Assembly (NCBI GenBank): GCA_043732185.1
Contig: JAYTHY010000052.1
Coordinates: 1-64,000, forward strand
Direction: 5' to 3'
Source of the DNA: Fibrobacteria bacterium
GTDB lineage: Bacteria; Fibrobacterota; Fibrobacteria; UBA11236
Length of the DNA stretch: 64,000 nt
In this document: positions 47,646 through 58,009 of the stretch, piece by piece
Layout of the letters: each line of letters starts with the position of its first letter
Numbering within the stretch: the stretch's first letter is position 1
Translations under genes and position numbers: made by a program
Notes under the pieces: model-generated
The model's input: only the letters and a program-made list of their open reading frames with translations
Told to the model about the DNA's origin: nothing
Databases searched by the model: none

Positions 47646-48626
47646 TCAAAATTTTACCTTCCAATCCGCATCTCGTTTGGCAATGTTTCCCTTCAATTCT
47701 TGGATTACTCCTTGTAAATCAAACGGATAATAATTGCGTTTTGGAGATTTGTAAGCGATTGCGCATATTTCCCAATCGTTTCCAGGCACCAAATTTTGAT
47801 AAAGATGTGCTGGCATGAAAAAACCATGTTTATTCAAGATTGCCCCAAGTGAAACATGATCAAAAAGACAATTGTGAGCTGAATTGAAATATTCAAAGCA
47901 ACCGATATTGTTTGCGTAGCGCCAGGCCGCAACTAAAATGATTAGGATACCATTTTCATTTAAATTTTTCGCTGCAAATTCAAAAAATTCATTTGGATCA
48001 TAGATGTGTTCCAAGGAATGATGAGTGAATATCAAATCGTAAGAGCAATTGGGTGGCAATTTCGAAAGGTTTTCGACAATATTTACCCTGAAATTTTTAT
48101 TTCCATATTCAATCAGCAGTGGGTCCAGTTCAACGCCAAAGGCTCGATTCCCCCTATCTACCATGAACTCAAACGCTCCGCCGAGTCCGCATCCAAAATC
48201 AAGACAGGTCATACCTTGCTTCCCCGACAAATCAATTCCGTTCATCCTTAACCAAGGATCGAAACGCAGTAATTGATATTTGGAATACTGGATATACCCA
48301 TCTGAAATGCGATTGGGCCTAACTTTAAGGTAACCTGATTCGCGATAATAGCGTTCAATTCTGGCTTGAGGTATTCTTGGACTTTGAAAAACTACGCAAC
48401 AATTCTTGCAAACATTCCAGCCTACATTCTCGTGTTCCAGTAACAATGCCGGACGAAAGACATCATTGGTTGGCACCATGTCCAAACCAACAAAGGCCTT
48501 CGATCCACACAGCTGACAGGAATCAAGATCAATTAAATTTTCTAAATTCACGTCTTCTAAACTAGGTCTGGTGGATTCCTTTTTTGCCTGGACCGGCTCG
48601 GTCGGATTACGCCTAGGAATTCGCAT
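47646..48626 (-). CDS. Class I SAM methyltransferase with N-terminal Zn ribbon (paralog 1)
   Basis: CQLCG...CKNC..FQSPR; LDFGCGLG; HHSLEHIYDP. Confidence 0.88.
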   Translation of the reverse strand: MRIPRRNPTEPVQAKKESTRPSLEDVNLENLIDLDSCQLCGSKAFVGLDMVPTNDVFRPALLLEHENVGWNVCKNCCVVFQSPRIPQARIERYYRESGYLKVRPNRISDGYIQYSKYQLLRFDPWLRMNGIDLSGKQGMTCLDFGCGLGGAFEFMVDRGNRAFGVELDPLLIEYGNKNFRVNIVENLSKLPPNCSYDLIFTHHSLEHIYDPNEFFEFAAKNLNENGILIILVAAWRYANNIGCFEYFNSAHNCLFDHVSLGAILNKHGFFMPAHLYQNLVPGNDWEICAIAYKSPKRNYYPFDLQGVIQELKGNIAKRDADWKVKF

Positions 48627-49812
48627 ATTTCACTTGTTGTTCCTTAGTGAGGTGTACTTTACCATAGGCTGAAGAACCACCCCACACGTCATATTTATGC
48701 CATTGTCCATTTTCAACCCACCAAACACGGGGATCTCGAAACGTATCTGCAATTTCCCAAAACTCAGACTCAGTCATGTCCACATAATTAAGCCAATGTT
48801 CCAAATCAGAGGATACGACTGAATCGTATTTTCTAACCATTTCTACGCCCATCTCACGGGTCATATCACCGGCACGAATGTCCTTCGAGGCATGATCGGA
48901 TGCTCGCCCATACCCAAATTTCAAAAATTTTAGTAGGTCATGGATTCCATTTTCATAACGATCATCCAAATTTGAGATCATCCTGTACGTTCGTTCAAAG
49001 GGGGTTTTTGATTGGATCCAGTCATATTTATTTTGGATTAGTTTAGTATGTTCATAAGGCAACCATTTAAAGAAATTTCCAATATAAAGTCCGCGGACAC
49101 CTGCCTTAAGAATTTCATCATCACTTGGATACTTTCCCCAGACAAGATCTTTTTCCACCAGAGTATCTATAGAATCGTTAAGCATGTCATACCATTCAAA
49201 ACCTCTTAGCGCATGCTCATGCCGCATTCTTGCGGTAAACTCAACGAAATCATCTGGGTCGAACATCCCAGCTTGGTCCCACGGGGTTTCACCCCAAATA
49301 ACGAGTGGAATATTAAACTTGGCAGCTATTATTACTGGAAAAGTCATTATTCCACAATGATTGTGCCAATTCATGTCTCCCATTTTACGGAAGCAAAGCC
49401 TGTTCAATTTAATCAGAGCTTTTTGACTAGGACCCATTACGATATGGTCTGCATCAAAAACCTTCCGCAACCTATCCCTGTTGTAATCGCCCTCTGGCAA
49501 ATAATTGTTCCCGTGGTAGGTAACCAATAACGGCTTTAAGCCGTAGTCGGAAGCCATGACATGCGCCTGATAATAACTGTCTTTTCCCCCACTTACACCA
49601 ATAACACAATCATAATTTCCGGTATTGCGGCTGGAATATTCTTTCAAAATACCAGCAAATTTTTTCTCACGCTGCGCCCAGAATTCAGGAGTCAAATCAT
49701 CAAACTTTTGGTATGCACGACAGCTTGAACAAATACCCTCTTCATCAATATGCAAATTTACCGACACCTTTGGATAGACACATCGTGAGCAATAAATCAT
49801 TGGTTTTATCAT
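48613..49812 (-). CDS. N-acetyl sugar amidotransferase (WbuX/PseA-like, PP-loop)
   Basis: CSRC...CSSC, YDCVIGVSGGKDS, KFGYGRA..HASKDIRAG. Confidence 0.92.
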   Translation of the reverse strand: MIKPMIYCSRCVYPKVSVNLHIDEEGICSSCRAYQKFDDLTPEFWAQREKKFAGILKEYSSRNTGNYDCVIGVSGGKDSYYQAHVMASDYGLKPLLVTYHGNNYLPEGDYNRDRLRKVFDADHIVMGPSQKALIKLNRLCFRKMGDMNWHNHCGIMTFPVIIAAKFNIPLVIWGETPWDQAGMFDPDDFVEFTARMRHEHALRGFEWYDMLNDSIDTLVEKDLVWGKYPSDDEILKAGVRGLYIGNFFKWLPYEHTKLIQNKYDWIQSKTPFERTYRMISNLDDRYENGIHDLLKFLKFGYGRASDHASKDIRAGDMTREMGVEMVRKYDSVVSSDLEHWLNYVDMTESEFWEIADTFRDPRVWWVENGQWHKYDVWGGSSAYGKVHLTKEQQVKYANS

Positions 49813-49823
49813 AATTTCCTCAA

Positions 49824-50630
49824 TTAAACCGCGAAAAGGTGCGCATTCCTGACATTACAAGCCCTATCCACTAAAAACTTTTTGGCGATATAGACGCTTT
49901 GATCCGTATAATGAAAAATATTTGCAGCAGCCACGGCGTCAACATTAGTTTTTTCAAACGCTTCAGAAAAATGCTCCCATTGACCCACGCCTCCACAGGC
50001 AATAACCGGTATGCCGACATTATTCGCAACAGTATTTAGCAGCTCCAAATCATAGCCGGTTTTCATTCCATCTCTATCAATGGAATTTAAGAGAATTTCT
50101 CCAGCCCCTTGCTCCTCGGCAATTTTCGCCCATTCCATTGCTGCATACGAAGTGGGATTTTTTCCGCCGTTTGACATTACTCTGTAGCTATCAGTCTGCT
50201 TTTTAACATCGATAGAGATGACAAGACATTGTGACCCAAACTCTTTGGCTGCTCTTTCTATGAAACCAGGGTCGGTTAGCGCCATTGTGTTTATACAAAC
50301 TTTGTCTGCGCCAACAGCCAGTCGCTGATCGATATCGGAAAGTGAACGAACTCTCCCACCAACCGTTAAGGGCATGAAGGTTTCCCTGGCAACGTCTTCG
50401 ATTATTTCCAGAAAGGTATGTCGATTTGGGTGACCCAAATCATCACGACGCAGGTCGTAGTCTTCTTCCTGACTAATATCCAAATAGATCAACTCATCCG
50501 ATGCCCACTGACTAAATCGTTTAACCGCAGAAGTCGGATTCCCGAGATTTTGGTACCTGCTGAACCCTTTACTTTGCACCAACCATCCATTTTTCAAAAG
50601 GATGAGCGGAATCATGCGCTTTTTTTTCAT
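49824..50630 (-). CDS. HisF-like cyclase paralog of glycan loci (WbuZ-like)
   Basis: DELIYLDI, FMPLTVGG, GADKV, GAGEILLNSIDRDG, PVIACGG; glycan-locus context. Confidence 0.9.
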   Translation of the reverse strand: MKKKRMIPLILLKNGWLVQSKGFSRYQNLGNPTSAVKRFSQWASDELIYLDISQEEDYDLRRDDLGHPNRHTFLEIIEDVARETFMPLTVGGRVRSLSDIDQRLAVGADKVCINTMALTDPGFIERAAKEFGSQCLVISIDVKKQTDSYRVMSNGGKNPTSYAAMEWAKIAEEQGAGEILLNSIDRDGMKTGYDLELLNTVANNVGIPVIACGGVGQWEHFSEAFEKTNVDAVAAANIFHYTDQSVYIAKKFLVDRACNVRNAHLFAV

Positions 50631-51247
50631 TCGATTTTTATAAAGTTTCTCATCAATGTCATCCCAGCTTCCTGGCTTTTTTCCGGGTGAAACTGCACTC
50701 CAAAAATATTGTCCTTAGCAATGATACACGGGAAATCTTCACCGTAATTACTTGTGGCAATTATATAGTCGGAAGGAATTTCTTTGAAGGCAAAACTGTG
50801 CAAAAAGTAAAAGTCAGGGCTTTCTGGCAAATCCTTTAATAGGGAACAAGTGCATTTTGGTAAAATATCGTTCCAACCCATATGAGGCAGAGGTAAAGTT
50901 CCAGTTACAAGTCGTTCGACTTTTCCTGGAATCCATCCAAGACCAGGGTGCTCGCCGAATTCAAACCCCAACTGGGCCATAACCTGCATGCCGACGCAAA
51001 TTCCAAGGAACGGAATCCCATTTTTAAAAATTCTTTCAACAAGAACTTCCATTGGGATGTACTCATGAATTTTTTCCATCGCCGAGCCAAAGGCTCCAAC
51101 GCCAGGCAGAATGATATGAGACGCAGCTTCCAAAACTTTTGTATCGTTTGAGATCTGAACGTTTTTACTAATCGATGACAGCATGTTGTAAACGGATTTT
51201 ACATTTCCGGAACCATAGTCCAAAATGCATATGGAAGAAGCTGCCAT
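50627..51247 (-). CDS. HisH-like glutamine amidotransferase (WbuY-like)
   Basis: DYGSGN, ILPGVGAF, LGICVGMQ, PHMGWN, QFHPEKS. Confidence 0.92.
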   Translation of the reverse strand: MAASSICILDYGSGNVKSVYNMLSSISKNVQISNDTKVLEAASHIILPGVGAFGSAMEKIHEYIPMEVLVERIFKNGIPFLGICVGMQVMAQLGFEFGEHPGLGWIPGKVERLVTGTLPLPHMGWNDILPKCTCSLLKDLPESPDFYFLHSFAFKEIPSDYIIATSNYGEDFPCIIAKDNIFGVQFHPEKSQEAGMTLMRNFIKIE

Positions 51248-51339
51248 TTGTTTTTATCATACCTTAACGAAGGCATTCGATTCAACACCCCCGTCTATTT
51301 CACCCGGGATTCCTTCGACGAAAAACAAAGGTCAAAAAT

Positions 51340-52245
51340 TCAGATCACGAATATACGTCTGAGGTGGAATAGGTCATCCGAAACGTCATTATCTCCCGGC
51401 ATAGCGGTTGGGCAGCAACGTATTCCTTTGGCCTTAAGACTCGCAATAACTCTATTATCGAAGCAATGAGCCAGCCCTTCTGGATAGGAATAATGGCTAG
51501 AAATGATGCCCGCTTTTTCCCTAAGAAATTGCAAACTGGTAGAAATTTCATCTTCCAAGGCGCTATCTTTTAAGAATGCCAGAACGGCATGGACGTGTGA
51601 ATGCCCACCCACGATAAAATCTGGATCTGCGTGCAAAGCCCGGACTTGGTTCCAATTCAATTTCAGATCCAAATCCGAAGTTCCCGCATAAATGGGATCC
51701 ATTGCACACTGTCTAAAAAATTCCTCCACTAAGCCATCGGTATCCAGGGTTCGATCATTTTTAACGTATGCACGCAGCGCGGTTAAGATTTCAATTTTTT
51801 CCTGGCTAGTTCCAAAGGACCTCGCTGAGGGTTCCCAAGGGAAATGTAATTTCCCGGAAGATGTACCTTCCAGACAAAGCTCCAGTTTATCAGTCCAAGA
51901 CATTCCATTTGCATCAACCAAGCCTGTGGAAATATAAAAAGCAGCGGGGATTTTGAGATCTTTTAATATAGGTGCCGCCACAGAATAATTGTTCTCGAAT
52001 CCATCATCAAAAGTTACCGCAAAGGAACGCGGCGGGTACGGTTCAGAATTGGAATGATGATACATAACTTCATCCATTGAAAGGGCATGTCCGCTTGCCG
52101 CCAGTTCTTTCATAATTTCAATAAAATAATCCTTCTCCAAATGCTTTCGGGTGTAATTGCGAACAGAGTGCACGGAGCGATTTACAACTCCATGAAGAAG
52201 AAAAATGACCAATCGGTCCTGGGTTAAATAGCTACTGAAATTCAA
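51340..52245 (-). CDS. Polysaccharide deacetylase (CE4-like)
   Basis: VTFDDGF, VGGHSHVH, YSYPEG. Confidence 0.88.
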   Translation of the reverse strand: MNFSSYLTQDRLVIFLLHGVVNRSVHSVRNYTRKHLEKDYFIEIMKELAASGHALSMDEVMYHHSNSEPYPPRSFAVTFDDGFENNYSVAAPILKDLKIPAAFYISTGLVDANGMSWTDKLELCLEGTSSGKLHFPWEPSARSFGTSQEKIEILTALRAYVKNDRTLDTDGLVEEFFRQCAMDPIYAGTSDLDLKLNWNQVRALHADPDFIVGGHSHVHAVLAFLKDSALEDEISTSLQFLREKAGIISSHYSYPEGLAHCFDNRVIASLKAKGIRCCPTAMPGDNDVSDDLFHLRRIFVI

Positions 52246-52949
52246 AGCAAAGTATCCGTATATTTTCGGAATCTAACTTGGCAAACTTCTTTCAATGAAG
52301 ACGGCATTGAAGAATAATAGCGCCCCCTGGATCGTTGTGGACTGGACAAAAAAGTTCCGTAACGTCTCCACATTTCAATAGCCGCAACCACCAATTCCAC
52401 ACAAACCTCCGTATTAAACCTGCGCAATTGGTACAGTTCCATTCCCTTGACCATGGGCACACTGCTTTTAAGTATTATATCCCCTTCATCCAATTTCTCA
52501 TTAAGATGATGCAATGTCGTCACCACCGATGCAAAATCACGATGATATATGGCCCAGAAATGCGAATCCAATCCTCGATAGAGTTCGGAATCGCCGCCGT
52601 GTAAATTCAAAATTCTACGTGGAAACAGCCGAATCAATTCCGTTCCAATTTTCCCAGTTCCAAAATCAAATACCAAATCGGGTTGTAATACTTCCAGCTT
52701 AGTCAAAGCGGATTTGTCGTTTAGGTTGGAATAAACAAGTTCAGGAATGGCCCACTTCCAGGCTTCATCCCCGAAAAATACTTTCTCTTCATAGCGATCG
52801 CGCAGTGTTTCCAATGGATGCGAACAGGCATAACTGGGATGGAATACTTTGGTTTCGACCATGATGGCCTGGAGGGGATGGACTTTGTGCAATTCTCGAG
52901 TAAAATATGCATGGTGCGCTGTCGGTGTGGTAAGCACAACAATATTCAT
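52242..52949 (-). CDS. Formyltransferase (sugar N-formyltransferase-like)
   Basis: ILNLHGG...YRG, TLHHLNEKLDEGDI. Confidence 0.85.
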   Translation of the reverse strand: MNIVVLTTPTAHHAYFTRELHKVHPLQAIMVETKVFHPSYACSHPLETLRDRYEEKVFFGDEAWKWAIPELVYSNLNDKSALTKLEVLQPDLVFDFGTGKIGTELIRLFPRRILNLHGGDSELYRGLDSHFWAIYHRDFASVVTTLHHLNEKLDEGDIILKSSVPMVKGMELYQLRRFNTEVCVELVVAAIEMWRRYGTFLSSPQRSRGRYYSSMPSSLKEVCQVRFRKYTDTLL

Positions 52950-52962
52950 ACTGCCTTTCTAC

Positions 52963-53979
52963 CTAGTCCAAAAAGCATTCGGGCGTGAATTTTTCACCAG
53001 CCCGCATGGACTGCGAGAGTACACGACCCAATACCACGGTTTCCTTTCCAGGAGGATAGCCACCTGCGGGCCTGGTCCAGGACAAATCCTTCCAGCTAAT
53101 TGTATGCCCCAGTGGCAAATCGGTCTTAACGGTCAGTGACCGACGTACCGCAGCTTCATTGTCTATCTCGCTATTCTGTGGAGTCTTCGTTCCGGTACCG
53201 AGCAGGACTTCCGCGTGTTTTATTTTTTGAACCAAGATCTTCATTTCTTCGGGATCCGCTGAAATCTGGTGATCCCGAAATGCGGAATGATTTTTATTTA
53301 GAGTGAAATGCTTTTCAATTATTCTTGATCCAAGTGCCACTGCTAAAACCGCAGCGTCCACTCCCAGAGTATGGTCCGAATAACCAACCGTGCATCGGCA
53401 TCGGCTTCGGATCGCGTTTATGGCAGCCAAATTGGCATCCTCTACGGGTACTGGGTAACTGGTGACACAATGCAATACGGCCAAATCCTTAACCGAACAT
53501 CTGCTTTTCAAAAAGGAGACAGAAAACTCCAATTGCTGAATATCCACGAGACCGCTTGATAGAATAACCGGTTTGTCAGCTTTAGCGACTTCCTCTAGAA
53601 GTGGATAAAAGGTGTTGTCGGAGGACGAAATTTTGAACGCAGAAACCAAAGGTGCCAAGAATCGCGCGCTATCCAAATCGAAAGGAGTTGAAATAAATAA
53701 AAGTCCGGCCTCCCGACTATAGCGATTCAATTTTTCAAATTGAGCATGGGAGAGTTCGAAGCTTTTAAGTCTTTGAAATCTAGCTTTGTCCACTCTTGAA
53801 ACATACTCTTCGGTTTTGAAAGTCTGGAATTTCACCGCACCCACGCCAGCAGCTTTGGCCAAGCCTACCATTTCCTCGGCCAGCGTGTAACTGCCTTCGT
53901 GATTGTTTCCGATTTCGGCTATCACAAGTACTATTTTTTCAAGATCGAAATTCTCTATTCGCATGCAGCTAAGCCTCAC
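52963..53979 (-). CDS. Nonulosonic acid synthase (NeuB/PseI/LegI family) with SAF domain
   Basis: IAEIGNNHEG, AVKFQT, STPFD, LHCVTSYP, GYSDHT, IEKHFT. Confidence 0.95.
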   Translation of the reverse strand: MRLSCMRIENFDLEKIVLVIAEIGNNHEGSYTLAEEMVGLAKAAGVGAVKFQTFKTEEYVSRVDKARFQRLKSFELSHAQFEKLNRYSREAGLLFISTPFDLDSARFLAPLVSAFKISSSDNTFYPLLEEVAKADKPVILSSGLVDIQQLEFSVSFLKSRCSVKDLAVLHCVTSYPVPVEDANLAAINAIRSRCRCTVGYSDHTLGVDAAVLAVALGSRIIEKHFTLNKNHSAFRDHQISADPEEMKILVQKIKHAEVLLGTGTKTPQNSEIDNEAAVRRSLTVKTDLPLGHTISWKDLSWTRPAGGYPPGKETVVLGRVLSQSMRAGEKFTPECFLD

Positions 53980-54766
53980 CCGTCAAAAAATTAGGCATGG
54001 GTCCATGGTAATGGAATACATATTGGGAATCTGCCAAGGAGAAGCCAAGTTTTTGGTAACATCGGATCGATGCTACATTCGCTATTTGCGTGCCCACCTG
54101 GAAGTGGTGAAACGAATTTCGTTGACTTTGAACCCAGGAAATTAATTTGGAGGCTACACCTATTTTCCGGAAAGATTCTCCAACGGCAATTAAATCAATA
54201 GTTATGGTATTCTGGGTTTCTAGCAACAATAGATATCCTGCCGCTTTCCCGGAAACTTCGGCAACCGCCATTGAATTACCACGCTTTCCCGAAAAAAAGT
54301 TGCTGGTCCATTCTCCTTTAATTCTGTTTGCGGTTTCCAGGGGGATATTGGGATCCATATGAAATCGGGAAAACCGGAAAGAGTGTTGGGCTATTTCCAC
54401 AATTGCCGGCTGATCCTGGGTTAGCGCCCAACGAATCTGGACATTCTTAAAATTGACAGTAGGTAGTGACTCATTTTTTTTCTCAAAAGTGACATTTGTA
54501 TCCACCAACCGGAAGCCGTGGTCTTGCAAAAACAAACTGGATTCCACTGAATTGGAGGCAACTTTGCAATAGAGAAAAACAGGGTTTTCCAATTGATTGG
54601 CCGCAAGTGAAGGTAATCGAGGTTGGGAAAAGGAACCGGCTGCCGCTATCGAAACCAGGGACAGCCGATATGCCGGTTTTCCCAGCATCTGGCTCAACCA
54701 AGGGTCCGATTCAAGTACCGGTAAATACACGTTCTGGAATTTTCCCACCAATGGACCAATCTGCAT
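53969..54766 (-). CDS. GNAT acetyltransferase (WecD/RffC-like)
   Basis: FSRFHMDP, IDLIAV..FRKIGVA, VGTQIAN..SIRCYQKLGF. Confidence 0.88.
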   Translation of the reverse strand: MQIGPLVGKFQNVYLPVLESDPWLSQMLGKPAYRLSLVSIAAAGSFSQPRLPSLAANQLENPVFLYCKVASNSVESSLFLQDHGFRLVDTNVTFEKKNESLPTVNFKNVQIRWALTQDQPAIVEIAQHSFRFSRFHMDPNIPLETANRIKGEWTSNFFSGKRGNSMAVAEVSGKAAGYLLLLETQNTITIDLIAVGESFRKIGVASKLISWVQSQRNSFHHFQVGTQIANVASIRCYQKLGFSLADSQYVFHYHGPMPNFLTGEA

Positions 54767-55772
54767 TGAAAGACGACTTTTTATACCACTCGATATACTT
54801 TACATAGCCTTTTTCCAGAGGGTTTTTCGGATTGTAATTGATGAGACTGCGCGCCTTGTCAATACAAAGCGTACCGCGATCCGGCATAAGACTATCCTTA
54901 GGCTGATAATTTATTTTTATTCCCGGAAAATGCGCACCAAGAATTTCGATCATTTCATTTAGGGAACGCGACTTTCCGTAGGTTAAATTGAGGATTTGTC
55001 CGCGAGAATTTTCATTTTCCAAAACATTGATGACACCCCCGACAAGGTCTTCGACGTATGTAAAATCCAGTGCATCAGTCCCTTTTCCGCCCACGGTTAT
55101 TTCCTGCCCATCCAATGCATTCTCAATAAAAATTTGGCCAACCCTACGGCTTACACACCGTTCTCCATAGAGAGCAGATGGGCGGATAATGGTATACGGC
55201 AGATCAAAAACTTGATTGTATGCAATGACCATCTTCTCGCCCGCCAATTTAAGCGCCCCATATATACCAATGGGATTGCAGGGAGTTTCTTCTGAAGCCA
55301 AACCATCCGGGAAGTTTCCATAAACCATGCTGGAGGAGAAAAACACGAAATGCTCAACTTTGTTCTTGGCTACATCTAAAGTATTTTCCAGTGTACGTAA
55401 GTTATGGTCAAATGTGCTGAATGGATCCTTGTTCGATTTTCCAGCATGAGAAATCGCAGCCAGATGCACAATGATCTGTGGTTTAATCTTGTCTATCAGA
55501 ATTGTCATCTTGTGGTAGTCACGGGCATCCTGCACATGGACCGGTATGCCTGCCCGCATAAGCAAGTCTAACCGTTCATTTAATATGCGGACATATTTTT
55601 CTCGGTTTGGGATTTCAATTGAGCTGTTGAGAAACGCACAAAGATTGTTGACTTGAAGCCCATCGATGATTTCAACCCAGGCTCCCTGCTTTTTTAGGGA
55701 AAGGGCCAGATGATGGCCAATGAAACCAGCACCCCCGACCAAAACGACACTTTTACCTTTTAGATCGATCAA
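54711..55772 (-). CDS. NAD-dependent nucleotide-sugar epimerase/dehydratase
   Basis: GGAGFIG, HLAA, FSSSMVYG, YGALK. In-frame TTG at 55772 with GGGAGG SD right after the DegT stop (track start 55919). Confidence 0.92.
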   Translation of the reverse strand: MIDLKGKSVVLVGGAGFIGHHLALSLKKQGAWVEIIDGLQVNNLCAFLNSSIEIPNREKYVRILNERLDLLMRAGIPVHVQDARDYHKMTILIDKIKPQIIVHLAAISHAGKSNKDPFSTFDHNLRTLENTLDVAKNKVEHFVFFSSSMVYGNFPDGLASEETPCNPIGIYGALKLAGEKMVIAYNQVFDLPYTIIRPSALYGERCVSRRVGQIFIENALDGQEITVGGKGTDALDFTYVEDLVGGVINVLENENSRGQILNLTYGKSRSLNEMIEILGAHFPGIKINYQPKDSLMPDRGTLCIDKARSLINYNPKNPLEKGYVKYIEWYKKSSFNADWSIGGKIPERVFTGT

Positions 55773-55773
55773 A

Positions 55774-56922
55774 TTACCCTCCCAGGTCACGTAATGCCTT
55801 TCTGAGGGTATCGGCAATTTTTTCCATATCCTTAAGGTCCAAATGCGGGCCGACCGGTAAAGCAATGGACCCATGGCTAATACGAGCGGCAACCGGGTAC
55901 GATTCGGCCCCATATCCATATTTCTGGCGATAATAGGTCATATGGGGCACGGGACTCGGATAATAGATGCTAAAACCCACTCCATGGGCTTTTAAATACT
56001 CAAGTATTTTAGGCCGGAAGGGAACGAGGGCTTGATCCAAGAGAACGGTATGACAATAATAGCTGCTTTGAAAATCGCCTTGGGTAGACTGAAGCAAAGA
56101 AATTCCTGGAACCCCTTCCAAAAGTCGGGTCAGTTCCATATAATTTTTCAATCGTTTTTCCCCGAAACCAGAGAGTCGTTTTATCTGTTCCACACCTATG
56201 GCGGCATGAATTTCACTCATGCGGTAGTTAAATCCTAAGCCCTGTACATCGTAAATGCCAGCTACCGTACGTTCGCCAACATGTTTATCCATGCCAAAGG
56301 CTCGAGATCGAATGATGCTTTTTGCAACATTTTCATGACGAGTGATTAAAGTGCCACCTTCCGCCGTTGTCATATGCTTGGCGGGATAAAAAGAAAAAGC
56401 ACCTGCATCGCCCAAAAGTCCAGCATGGATTCCTTTATAATAGGTACCTGTGGCTAAGGCGCAATCTTCTACAACAAATAGAGAATGCTTTCGAGCAATA
56501 GCCATGACAGCATCCATATCCACAGGCATGCCGAGAAAATGTACCACCGAAAGCGCTTTGGTCTGGGATGTAATAGCGGCTTCAATCTGAACAATATCAA
56601 TATTTCCGGTATAGGCTTCGGCATCCACAAAAACCGGTTTCGCGCCCGTTAATTCCACCGCATGAGCTGTGGCGGTATGCGTTTGTGCGGGTACGATGAC
56701 CTCATCACCTGGTCCAATTCCCAAATGAAAATAAGCTAAATGCAATGCTGCAGTACACGAAGAAACCGCAACGCAATACGGCGCACCTGTAAAGGCGGCA
56801 AAGGCTTTTTCAAATTCTACCAACTTGGGTCCGTGAACCAGTATGCCTGATTCCAATACATTAAGCATGGCCTGTTGTTCTTCGACACCAGTAATTGGCT
56901 TTGCAAAGGCAATTGTGCTCAT
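55774..56922 (-). CDS. DegT/DnrJ/EryC1/StrS sugar aminotransferase
   Basis: SSCTAALHLA, VEDCA, FSFYPAKHMTTAEGG, GFNYRMSE. Confidence 0.95.
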   Translation of the reverse strand: MSTIAFAKPITGVEEQQAMLNVLESGILVHGPKLVEFEKAFAAFTGAPYCVAVSSCTAALHLAYFHLGIGPGDEVIVPAQTHTATAHAVELTGAKPVFVDAEAYTGNIDIVQIEAAITSQTKALSVVHFLGMPVDMDAVMAIARKHSLFVVEDCALATGTYYKGIHAGLLGDAGAFSFYPAKHMTTAEGGTLITRHENVAKSIIRSRAFGMDKHVGERTVAGIYDVQGLGFNYRMSEIHAAIGVEQIKRLSGFGEKRLKNYMELTRLLEGVPGISLLQSTQGDFQSSYYCHTVLLDQALVPFRPKILEYLKAHGVGFSIYYPSPVPHMTYYRQKYGYGAESYPVAARISHGSIALPVGPHLDLKDMEKIADTLRKALRDLGG

Positions 56923-57004
56923 AGTTATTTGTCCTTCTCAGCCATTATTATCCGATAGTTAGCACAAACTATTCAACCCTAGGGAAAGGAGGAATTAAAT
57001 GGGT

Positions 57005-58009
57005 TTAGAGATAGCGAACGGATACAGTTGCGCCAGAACGGGCTGCTTCTTCAATGGCAAAACAGACAGACATGGTATTGAATACCTCAGTTGCAGAAAC
57101 AGTCGGTTCCTTGCTGTTTTGAAGTGCGTGGAGAAAATCAGCCAGTAATTCACCCTTCCGGCAACCAGGATAGGGCGCATCCAAGCTTCGAACTGCGGCA
57201 TTTGCGTCCCTATCAACGATTAATTTGCCTCCACCGATGTCATTCAGGAAAGTAGCCTCGGTTCCATAGACTGCCACTCTATGGAAATGGGGGAAGACAC
57301 AACCGAAATTTGCACTCACCTTTCCAATTGCCCCATTCTTAAAACGCAAAATTGCAACTACGCAATCATTGAAACGGAAACCGGTACCTTTGGTGACAAT
57401 TTGATTACCAACTGCCGAGACCTCCGTCACTTCACTTTGAGCGAACCACCTAAGTAGGTCAACCATGTGGATTCCCCCGCCGTACATGACAGAATAGAAA
57501 TCGATTGTCCCACGCCATCCCTGGGTAATCTTTTCCATTCTCCCATAATTGTAGTCCCCTTCAAGATGGTAAACGGTACCCAGTTCCCCACTTTCGATCA
57601 TGTGCTTTACTTGAAGGAATAGTTGTGACTTTCTCAGGATGTGATTGGATGACAGGTAAACTTGGGGTTGTTTCGCTAGCGCGAGGCGGATTTGCTGAGC
57701 TTCCTCACGGGACAAACACATGGGTTTTTCCACGAAAACGTGTTTGCCCTGGGCAATAGCCCTAAGGATTTGTTCGCAGTGGAAGTTGTCGTAAGACGCA
57801 ATGCATACAAGATCAATGCCGGGATCATCGATAACTTTATTGGCATCAACAGTTAGCATTGAGCCTGGGTATCGCGCGGAAACTTCATGCAGTTTTTGTT
57901 CTGAGAAATCACAGAGTGCCGCGATTTCGCAGTCTGGCGTGGATAGGCATCCTTCAATATGCTTTTCCCCGACCCCCAGCCCTATGATTCCAACCCGTAT
58001 GGCCTTCAT
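57005..58009 (-). CDS. Gfo/Idh/MocA oxidoreductase
   Basis: VGIIGLG, KHVFVEKP, GIHMVD. Confidence 0.92.
   Translation of the reverse strand: MKAIRVGIIGLGVGEKHIEGCLSTPDCEIAALCDFSEQKLHEVSARYPGSMLTVDANKVIDDPGIDLVCIASYDNFHCEQILRAIAQGKHVFVEKPMCLSREEAQQIRLALAKQPQVYLSSNHILRKSQLFLQVKHMIESGELGTVYHLEGDYNYGRMEKITQGWRGTIDFYSVMYGGGIHMVDLLRWFAQSEVTEVSAVGNQIVTKGTGFRFNDCVVAILRFKNGAIGKVSANFGCVFPHFHRVAVYGTEATFLNDIGGGKLIVDRDANAAVRSLDAPYPGCRKGELLADFLHALQNSKEPTVSATEVFNTMSVCFAIEEAARSGATVSVRYL

Noticed and set aside
49824..51247. hisF/hisH as histidine biosynthesis genes
   Set aside because: They sit next to an N-acetyl sugar amidotransferase inside a glycan locus, which fits WbuYZ-like paralogs.
54711..55919. 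Long overlaps of the epimerase with its neighbours as a frameshift or recoding signal
   Set aside because: The 5' overlap disappears with the TTG start at 55772. The 56-nt 3' overlap may just reflect an uncertain GNAT start.
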